Source of the DNA: Macrostomum lignano
Taxonomy: Eukaryota
NCBI GenBank assembly: GCA_002269645.1
Contig: NIVC01003442.1
Location: 1 to 36,891, forward strand
Length of the DNA: 36,891 bases
Reading direction: 5' to 3'
Of the stretch, positions 23,066 to 33,500 are shown piece by piece (the first letter of the stretch is position 1; every line of letters starts with the position of its first letter). The notes under the pieces were generated by a model. That model had not been told where the DNA came from. It saw nothing but the letters and a program-made list of their open reading frames with translations, and did not search any database. A program made the translations under genes and the position numbers.

Positions 23066-25680
23066 GGAGGAGAAAGAATCAAGAGGACAGTGAAAATTGG
23101 TAAAAAGGAGGGAGGAGAGGAAAGAGGCAAGAGATTAAAGAGAAGAGAAATAGGACAGGAGAGATCAGAGAGACAAGAGCAGAGAGAGGGAAAGAGGAGA
23201 GAGAGCAAAGATAGAAGGGACAGCAGAGAGAAATGAGAAGAGATAAAAAAGGAGAAATGAGATATGAGAGACAAGAGATGGGAGAGAAGATAAGAAACAG
23301 AAGAGAAGATAGAAGTTTCAAAGGATCCAAGGAGTTGAAGGGACATAGGGAGAGGCAGAGGTAAAGGCCAGAGTTTGCCTGACATTCTGCACAGCACCCT
23401 AGCCAACAATATCAATGCTTGCTTCAAATCCTAATTTTATAGGAATGTACTTTATTTTGTTTAACTCTATCCTAACAATTAATTACAAACTTTTGTTTGA
23501 GTTTGAACTCGAACAAAATACATGCAAACTCAAATACATGCAAAAATAATTCTGGGAAATGGAGTTCCCCAGATTCAAAATCCGCTGGTTTCAACAGCTT
23601 GTATGCCATTAAAAAGTAAAATTATTACATACATAAAATAACTTCGCCTTTCTAAGCATTATTTAACACGTCACAAACTATTACATGTACATGTATATTA
23701 TTTCAGTTACAAGTTATAATGTATAGAATATTCCGGAAGATTCTCTGGAATCTTCAACTATTATTGATAGTCTACCCAAGGACTACTAGAAGTTATCATT
23801 GTATACATGTAATGATTCTGCCTTTCCTGCTGCGCTGCTCTGCATCGCACTGCATAGATATTTCCTTGTTGCGTTGCACCATACTGCGCGACTTCCTGCG
23901 CCGCTGTGCAACCTCCAGTGCTGCCATGCAACTTCCTGCGCTGCCGCACGACCTGCGCTGCTTCGCGCCACTGCGCACCGTGTCACTGCACGCCACGCCA
24001 TGCCGCGACCTGGCTGTTGTGTATTTCAAAGGCATGCAATGCATAGGGATAGTTCGTGGACAGGGTTTCTAGAAACTTCCACAGCAGGACTTGTTTACGC
24101 ATAGTTCCTGAAGTTTCCTCTCCCAGTCTTTCTAGAACTTTCCTTCCCCGTGTGCATAAATATACGAGCCGCCCTCCTATTGGCCAAGCCCTCTTTTGGT
24201 GCCACTGAGTGCCTGGATAATTATCTATCTTGTTTCTGCATTCATTAATTCAACAACAGAACACTGGCCACAGCCATGCCGCGCCAACCTGAAATTTAAA
24301 AAATGCGCCAGACACATGTCCAGGAAAATGTCACTTTTTCCATTAGGGAGAAATAGGAATTAACTTTTCAGAAGTTAAATTTTTGGCAAAAGTTAAATAT
24401 TTAACTAGTTACAGTTAATTTTTTGGAGCAATTAAATTAACTTTTTAACTTTTAATAAGTTAAAAAATTGATTAACTTGCCCAGCACTGTCCACTAGATT
24501 GACTTAGGGCCTAAATAAATTTAACATATATATTTAATTTGCTTGTTTGAATAGATATAAATGGTATACTACATCTTTGAAATAATTTTAGATTTATATT
24601 TATTGATAGGCTAACAATAAAACTACATTGGTATGGAATGCAAAGAATAGGCCTAATATTTAATCAAGAATCTATATAATTATGTGAAATCATTATATAG
24701 TATCTAGGTTTTTTGTATTATAAGCAGGACATGACATGTCAAAGTTAAAAATGGCATAATGATTTTGATGCTATTATGCTAAAATGGCATAATAATTTTT
24801 TGTTATTATGCCCCTATGCCATTGCCAAATTGCCAATGTTGAATCCCTGTAGTCATTTCTTCAACCCCAAGTCCTCATGTTGTGTTATACATTGTATAGG
24901 CCCTATACCTGCGTGCGTATACATGTCTGTGCATACATGTGCAACCTCCAAAATTTGGTCAGCCATGCGACTTAGTTTTAACAAAAATGTGACTTAGTTT
25001 TTAGCCAAAAATGCAACTTAGATGTATAAAACCCTAAAGCAAAATTAATGCAACTTTGAAGAAATGGCAGAAGTAACCTTGACTATCTTATTAAGCCAAA
25101 ATGCCTCATCAGCTACTTAGTACTACTACTTTGGTGTGTTTTGGGTGGGCATTTTTTGCGACTTTCTTGGTTGGCTGCCAAATTGGTTGGCCAGATTGGC
25201 TGCTTTGGCCAACTATTGTGCATGTATGTGTCTGTACATGTGCACATGTATACACATGAGCTGATAGCCTATGTGTGCACATAAATATATGTATATAATA
25301 GTTTTCAGTTTTACTTAAAGGATTGTTATAGATTTCAGTTTCATAGAAAAGAAATTGCTAGATTGCAGTTTAACTAAGATGAAATTGAAAGTCCATAGTT
25401 TTACCTAGATAATTTTAACTGACTTTAGTTCTTGTGTTCAACTTTCCTATCTCAACTTTGAGGGCTTAACTTCTGCAGATTCTTCTCCAATGAAGGAGCT
25501 TGACTTTTAAACTATTACTCATTAATAGGTCTTATTTATTGTTAAAAAATAATGGCTTGGATTGCAATTATTTTTATTAAGTGTGTACCACCCCTATGTA
25601 GGAAACAGTGATCAACAGAGTAATATAATTTATACTTGTTGAAAATAAGGGTTAATATTATAAGAGGAAACATCTCCTTA

Positions 25681-26433
25681 TTTGAATCTCCTTTTCATCT
25701 AGTTTTGGTTAAGAGTTACACTAGAAAATGTGACGGAAGTTCTATACTAGTGTTACACAACTTCAAATGTCTATGGTGTCCTTTTTCTAACATCAGTTTT
25801 TGCCAAAATTAACTTTGAATTTGTCAGAAAATGTAGAAATGTCTATGGATAAAACCAAAAAAATTGGTTTCAAATTGGTAAATTAGTAAAATTGCTTATC
25901 AGATCTAGTGGTGTCAGTGTTTGCTTAGTTCATACTAAATGCTTTCTTTTGGCTAAAGATTTAAAGATGAGTTCTCTCCATAGCCTTGGGAGTCAATGGA
26001 GTCAAGTTTTTGCCCAGTGGTCTGCAGGACAGAGTAGAGCCAAAATTGCTAATTTTTTCTCAACGTATGATGAGAACAGCATTAAGAAAACAGCTATTTA
26101 TAGATAAATCCAATGGTTCATGGATGGCCAGTTCACTTTGAATGATTCTGAAAAATTTGACTCTGTTGACTCTCAAGCCTTTAAAAAGAACTCATCATTA
26201 AATCTTTAGCCAAAAGCAAGCATTAAGTATGAAATAGGCCTAAGCAATTTTACTTGTTTCATTCATAGATGTTTCCACATATTTCTAACAAATTCGAAGT
26301 TAATTTTGGCAAAAAAGTGATGATGGAAAAAGGACACCACAGACATTTGAGGTTGTGTAACACTAGTACTGACCTTCTCTCACATTCCCTGGTATTAACT
26401 CTTAATTGAAACTAGATAAAAATGGAATTCAAT
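25681..26433. mobile_element. Long inverted repeat / foldback or MITE remnant
   Basis: Arm 25681-25847 is the reverse complement of 26264-26433 (e.g. TACTAGTGTTACACAACTTCAAATGTCTATGGTGTCC vs GGACACCACAGACATTTGAGGTTGTGTAACACTAGTA), roughly 80% identical by eye. Confidence 0.75.
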
Positions 26434-27115
26434 TGACAATTTTTTGTTGCACAATTATCTTTAGTTTGATGCATAAAACAAAAATTGGTCAAGGTACTGA
26501 GGAGCTAGAGCAAACATTCCTGGAACTTTTGGGATACCCCTTGTAATAAGACTTTCTTTCAATTGAGGGCTCTATCCAGAGCAGACAACCTTAGTGTCTA
26601 AAAAAGAAAGTTTCTTTTCTCCACCTTTAGCAATGAACCTGATATTTGAATAGATAAGTAGAATTGACAGCCTTAAAAAATTCAAAATGGTCCTTCTAAT
26701 TATCAAAAATGGCAAATGTGTTATCCATGTAGTTCTTGTAAAACTTTGGGGCATAGGGCAGTTTTAACCATTTCTCTTCTTTTGTTCTCATTTTCTTTGT
26801 GAACTTGGCTTATTTTTATTTGTTAAATTGTTGATATTTTTTTATTTACTGTTGTTGTATTCTGAAAAATCTAAAATGAATTTATTTAATTGGTTTACCA
26901 AAAATATATGCAAAAACTATTTTGTCCTGTGCTACTAAATAGTTTCAGTTTAATCTTGTACTTTTTTATTTGAATGATTTAAAGAATTATAAATAATTTA
27001 ATGGCCAATTTATATTAAAATTTATTTCTGTTTTTTAGAACAGTCTTTTTATGGCTCTGAAGCTACGGCATAGCATTTAAAACAGATAAGTAATAAATAT
27101 TGATAAATACAAACA

Positions 27116-27548
27116 ATGACAGCTTGCGATGGACACGAGTCCACTCTGGGCCAAATGGATTTAGTTCAGGAAGGCGGCGGTACTGCCATCTCAACCGTTT
27201 CCAAACTGGCGTCCGATCCAATTCCTTCGCGACCGGATTCCTGGCTTCGAGACATCTACGCCCCAACGACCGCCAGTCACACTGATCTAGCTTCGCCAAC
27301 TGCCGATCTGCCACGTGTGTCCTCGGGTAGCTCCCTTACCGTCCCCAGCCAGTCTACTGTTCCAGCTTGTTCAGCAGCTCCCGGCATTGACCAGCTGGTG
27401 CTCATGCAGTCCGATGAGTCATTCCGGTGCCTGTTCCGTCCATCACCTGTGTCGCCAACCATTCCTGAGGAGGCCTCGGGTGCTGCTGCTGCTGCTGCTA
27501 GCGCTTCTTGGCTAGCTGGTCGGCGCTTTGACGAAGAAGAGTTTGCTA
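27116..27548 (+). CDS. SLC4-like exon 1
   Basis: GC-rich ORF from ATG 27116. Donor GCTA|GTGAGC (phase 1) joins 28336 to give EEEFA-N-HRQ. Confidence 0.7.
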
Positions 27549-30500
27549 GTGAGCGGTTTTTTGTATTGGCAGCGATTGTGACAGCTTGATAATGTTGTTG
27601 CTTTGATAGAGTAGGTGCCTGTTTATCCGCTGATGTTGTGGTAAGTTATTGTGTGCTGTATCCCCTGGTGTTGTGGTAGGTTACTATGTACTTTATCCCC
27701 TGATGTTGTGGTAGGTTACTATGTACTTTATCCCCTGATGTTGTGGTAGGTTACTATGTACTTTATCCCCTGATGTTGTGGTAGGTTATTGTGTATTTTT
27801 TCCTCTGGTGTTGTAGTAGGTTATTGTGTACCCTGTCACGTGATATTGCAGTAGGTTATTGTGTACCCTCCCATTTGAAAACGTTACCCTGACAAGAATC
27901 GCTAAAGAGTCATTGCAAACTGCTCACTAGTGACTCTAGCGACTCGACTCAAACGACTGCAATGCGACAAAGAGGCGACTGTTGAGTCATGGGCGCATCA
28001 CGTGAGCTGCAGAATTATAAAATAGTCATGAAAAATGTCATCCAAGAGTAGTTGTGCTGGCGCTTCACTTTCTACTAACTCAAGTAGACTAAATAGAGTT
28101 GTTATAAATGCAATTTGCGATTCAAATTCATGAAGTGACGCAGATGCGCTTCAGACGCAACTCAGTGATTCTGCGGCGACTTAGGTGCGTCCCAGATCTG
28201 ACTCTGCGGCCCCAGAGTCGTTTCAGAGTCGCAGACTCTTATACAGCTTATGTTCACCATTAAGCTGTATAATTAGTCAGCACAACATATCGGTAGATAA
28301 TAAATAAAACGGCACGCATTTATAAACTCGCGCAGATCATCGCCAGCGCGAGTATCCGCACACGCCTCAGCCACTTCGACCGATTGAACCGCGCGCTCTG
28401 CGCAAAATTCGGCGCCGTATAGAGCGCGCCGACGAAGCGCGCCGATTAGCGAAACACGCCGGTACGGGTGCCAGGGTCAGTCAGGTGATTCGATCGCAGC
28501 CGGTCTCGCCAACTGCGACTCATACTACTAATACTAAGCCCGTGACAAATGAAAACGCTGGCCCGTTAGATTTCGACGACGTCGTTGAAATGGCCGTGTC
28601 GCGTCGGAATCGGCGAAGACGAAGTCGAGGCAGCAGCGGCGACGGCGGAGGCGGCAGTGGCTCCGGCGGCGGCAGTAAGCGAGGGAAAGTGCACGTGTTG
28701 GAGCCGTTTCAACCGACGCTGGACAATTTAAACGAGTGCTGCCAGCTGGAGGAGGCGGCAGCAGAGGAGGCTGTCGACGAAGAGAAACGGCAGCCTGTTG
28801 AGCGATTGGAAGGCGACGCTGAAGACTGCGATGATCGAACTGGGTCGGTTGCTTCTGGCGACTCCGGTGCAGCGTCTTGGTGAGGGATTTGGGATCTCTG
28901 ATCCTAATCTCTAGGGGTTCTTGATCCCAACAATTTTATGGATTCCTGATCCCATTCATTTATAGATTCCTGATCCCATCCCTTTTGGGTTTCCTGATCC
29001 CAACCTTTTTGGGCTTCCTGATCCCTATATTTTAAGGGTTCCTGATCCCAACATTTTTGGGCTTCCTGATCCCATCCCTTTAGGTATTCCTGATCCCAAC
29101 AATTGTAGGGACTCCTGGGCCAAACCCTTTAGAGATTCCTGATTTCAAAAATTTTAGGGATTACTGATTCCAACCCTTTGGGGATTTCTGATCTCAATAT
29201 TTTTTGGGATTCCTGAATTTCTCACTAATTTCTTTTTTACTACAGATCCCAGTCCTTATTTATCCCTCTGGGAATAAGGACCGCAGTTTATTAAAGTCTA
29301 GGTGAAATTTCCAGCCTAATTATAAAAACTCTCCAAACAAAACTTAACGATGACATTTCAGCTCGCCGATGCTGCATCGCGACTCCGTTGCCAGCGAGGA
29401 TCTGGGATTGGCTGACTTATCAGGGCTTCCTGAGGCTACTAAAAACGGGTCCAGCGCTACCCTGAGTCGCAAGTCCTCTTCAACGGCCGTGCCGCAACTG
29501 CAGGACGAGTCCTTGGCATCCGATGGACCGGAACAGCAGCAGAGCAAAGCCGCCGTCATGGACTCTGATTGGGAGACGGGGCCGGAGACAATGGAACCAA
29601 CCGCATCAGCAAGCGTTGTGAAATTCTTTGTTGGCGGTGATGGATTCAGTTCGGGTATGTGAGCTTGCTTACTGATGTTTTGATGAGCTAAGCCCTATGA
29701 TCCCACATCCCAAGCCTATGAGGATTCCCTGATCCCACATCCCAAGCCTATGGGGATTCCCTGATCCCACATCCCAAGCCTATGGAGACTCCCTGATCCC
29801 ACATCCCAAGCCTATGGGGATTCCCTGATCCCACATCTCAAGCCTATGAGGATTCCCTGATCCCACATCCCAAGTCCATAATTCATGATTCATGATTCCA
29901 AATCTACAGGATTCCCGATCCCCAAATCTACAGAATTTCCAATCCCAAATCTACAGGATTCCCAATCCCAAATCTACAGGATTCCCGATTCCTCAAATCT
30001 ACAGGATTTCCAATCCCGAGTCTACAGGATTCCCGATCCCAAATCTACAGGATTCCCAATCCCAAATCTACAGGATTTCCAATCCCAAATCTACAGGATT
30101 CCCAATCCCAAATCTACAGGATTCCCAATCCCAAATCTACAGGATTTCCAATCCCAAATCTACAGGATTTCCAATCCCAAATCTACAGGATTCCCAATCC
30201 CAAATCTACAGGATTCCTGATCCCAAATCTACAGGATTCCCAATCCCAAATCTACAGGATTTCCAATCCCAAATCTACAGGATTCCCAATCCCAAATCTA
30301 CAGGATTCCCAATCCCAAATCTACAGGATTTCCAATCCCAAATCTACAGGATTTCCAATCCCAAATCTACAGGATTCCCAATCTCAAATCTACAGGATTC
30401 CTGATCCCCAAATCTACAGGATTCCCAATCCCAAATCTACAGGATTTCCAATCCCAAATCTACAGGATTCCTGATCCCCAAATCTACAGGATTCCCAATC

Positions 30501-33500
30501 CCAAATCTACAGGATTCCCAATCCCAAATCTACAGGATTCCCAATCCCAAATCTACAGGATTCCTATAGATTTATAATTACCCGAATCCTCAGATACTGA
30601 ATCAGCTTCCGAAGTCCAGCATCAGCAGCATCATCACCGTCGAAGAGCTTCATCCCAGCAGCACCAGCAGCGGTCAGACTGCTACACACCGCTGGACCTC
30701 GCCAGGCGCACATTCTCCGGCAACGAGATTCTAATGGAGGAGTTTTTCTTAGACCCTGAGGAGGCTTCGCAGCTGGGCGAGCTGGACCAGGACAATGTGA
30801 AAAGTCACAGATTTGACGATCTGCACGCAATGCGCCGGCATAAGATCAGCCCGGCATTGGCTTGCTCGGCCTCCGTGCAGCGCTGCTTCTCGTCTGCTGG
30901 CGGCACCAGTAGGCCAGCTGATGCTCACGGATTTGGGTGCCGATCGGAGCCGGCTCTGCTGACGCCAGCGTCTGCATCTTCGGCCACTGTTGACAGCGTG
31001 CAGGACACTGGAGACCTGCGCCAGCAGCTATCGGTTGAGGATGAAGATTTTGATGAGCCTGGGTCGCCTGCTCCTGCGCTACCTGAGGTTTGTTTGTGCT
31101 CGATTATATCTGTGCTGGAGGCAGATTCAGGGACTGAGAGATAGCGGAGAGGCGGATTCGGGGACTGAGGAAGGGGCGGAGAGGCGGATTCGGGGACTGA
31201 GGAAGGGGCGGAGAGGCAGATTTAGGGGCTGAGGAAGGGGCGGAGAGGCAGATTCAGGGGCTGAGGAAGGGGCGGAGAGGCAGATTTAGGGGCTGAGGAA
31301 GGGCGGAGAGGCAGATTCAGGGGCTGAGGAAGGGGCGGAGAGGCAGTTTCAGGGACTGAGGAAGGGGCGGAGAGGCAGATTTAGGGGCTGAGGAAGGGCG
31401 GAGAGGCAGATTCGGGGACTGAGGAAGGGCGGAGAGGCAGATTTAGGGCTGAGGAAGGGCGGAGAGGCAGATTCGGGGACTGAGGAAGGGGCGGAGAGGC
31501 AGATTTAGGGGCTGAGGAAGGGCGGAGAGGCAGATTCGGGGACTGAGGAAGGGGCGGAGAGGCAGATTTAGGGGCTGAGGAAGGTGTCGGAGAGGCAGTT
31601 TCAGGGACTGAGGGAGGTGTCGGAGAGGCAGTTTCAGGGGCTGAGGAAGGAGCGGAGAGGCAGATTCAGGGACTGAGGAAGGAGCGGACAGGCAAGTTAT
31701 CAGAAGATTTCGCTAAAGAATCCTGAACCCGTGTCTCTCCAGACCCAGGTGCTCACTTACGAGCTCACCCCAAGCCAGGAGCAGGCAACTCAGCTGACTG
31801 ATTTCTATTGGCTAGAAACCTCTCGTTGGTCTGGTCAATACGAGAGAAGAATTATATTGAACAAAGACTCAGATGCTACAGACGACTCAACTGACAACGA
31901 CAGCGATGAAGATGATGGATGTGAGCAGGACAGCCACTGGTCCAAGCCAATGTCTGCCGTGCTGCAATTTCACGCTATTGTACAATTCCGTCAGCACTTG
32001 GAGGTTGGCTCGCTACGGTTAGGCGTCGATATACCACCAGTTTTAACCACCGATGTCGATGCGGACGTGGAAGATAACGCCGAATCTAGATTTGTCAATT
32101 ATCTAGTTAACGTATGCCGTCAGGAGCCGCTTCTGTCATCGGCGCAGGCCACCTTGGATAGTCCAGGCACTGTTGCCGAAGCTTTGAAACTGCTTGGCAA
32201 TAGAAGTTTTGTCAGGCGGGGCCCGGCAACACCAATAACTGCTAGTGAAGCCATTCTAGTGCTGGTGGCAGAGAACCTGCCGGATCTGACTAGCCAGCAA
32301 TCTGTGCTGCTGCTCTGCCATCTCCGTTCGCCAATGCCGTGGCCCACACTGACCGGCAGTCTACCAGTCCGCTGCCTGTTTCTAACCAGCTGTCGCCAAG
32401 TCGGTCGCCTGTTTGCCTGCCTATGCGGCGATGCGGAATTCCGGCGTCAGCTGCGCGACATTGATCAACAAATGCAGCAGCCACAGTTGGCCAGACTGGC
32501 TGGCAGAAGGCGGCCGAGGCGCGAACTGGTGCAAAGTTTGCACGCTTTCTTAGACTCGGCCGTGCTGATGCCTTCGCCTCCGGCTGTGTGGCCTAGCGAA
32601 GCGGTAGCGGAGCTGATTGCAGTGGAACAGATGCCAACTGCTGTTGAACTGTTGGATTGTTCTTCATCAATGGATAAAGCTAGCCAGACTAAACCTGTTG
32701 GACTGCTAACCGATATTCAACGCATCTGTAGGAAATCTACTACTGACAACACTACTGCCGATAGAAGTATCCGTCAGCTTGGAAAATGGCAACTTGTAAA
32801 ATTGTTGAGTCTATTCTCAATTTGCTTATTGGTTTGGTCAGCAGCGGGGGCTTCAGTTTTTGCTCCATTGGCCGGTTATCGGCGAGGCATTGGGGCTGGG
32901 TTGGCGGTGCTTACTGCCGGACTAGCCCAGTTGCTAGTCTCCGTCCTGTTCCCGCCCGGTTGCTATGGCAACAGGCTAGCTATTGTACTGGGACCGTCAT
33001 CTGCGGCGCTAACAATTGAAGCTGCAATTGCATCACTAGCGGTTGGGCTGGGCCAAAACTGGACCACATTCCGGCCATTGTGCTGCTTTTATTGCGCTAT
33101 CTGGTCTGCAGGCTGTCTGCTTTTGGCGCCGTCGAATTGCTTGTACAGCATTACAGCTGTTCCCAGCGCGTTGCTAGGGGGATTCACTGGAATGCTGTTG
33201 CTATCGTGGACCATTGGGTCTTTGGATTCTCCCGCCGTTTCTCTGGTCTGCTTCGCAGTGGTCGCCTTGGCAACTCAATTGCGCCACTCGTGCCGTCAGT
33301 TTGATTTGATTGATGCGTCTGTTCGAAAACTTCTCGGCAAACTTGTTGCCTGGACGGTTGCTATGGTAACCGTGCTCATCATAGCAACCATTGTCGGCAT
33401 GCCAGAAACAGATGCTATTGTCGCAGTTAATAATGACACAGGAAATTATTCGTCTTCTCATACTACTAGCAATCGTAGTAGTAGTCTCGTCTGGCTACCA

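Larger units (their letters stand above)
22156..24489. mobile_element. Non-autonomous hAT-superfamily DNA transposon (2334 bp)
   Basis: Perfect 11-bp TIR CAGTGCTGGGC/GCCCAGCACTG. Perfect 8-bp TSD TCCACTAG at 22148-22155 and 24490-24497. Many subterminal GTTAA/TTAAC motifs at both ends. Confidence 0.9.

Noticed and set aside
21269-26754. Short ORFs in the intergenic and transposon block (e.g. 21269-21595, 23719-24104, 24776-24997, 25892-26107)
   Set aside because: No domain similarity recognised, mostly alternative starts or low complexity.
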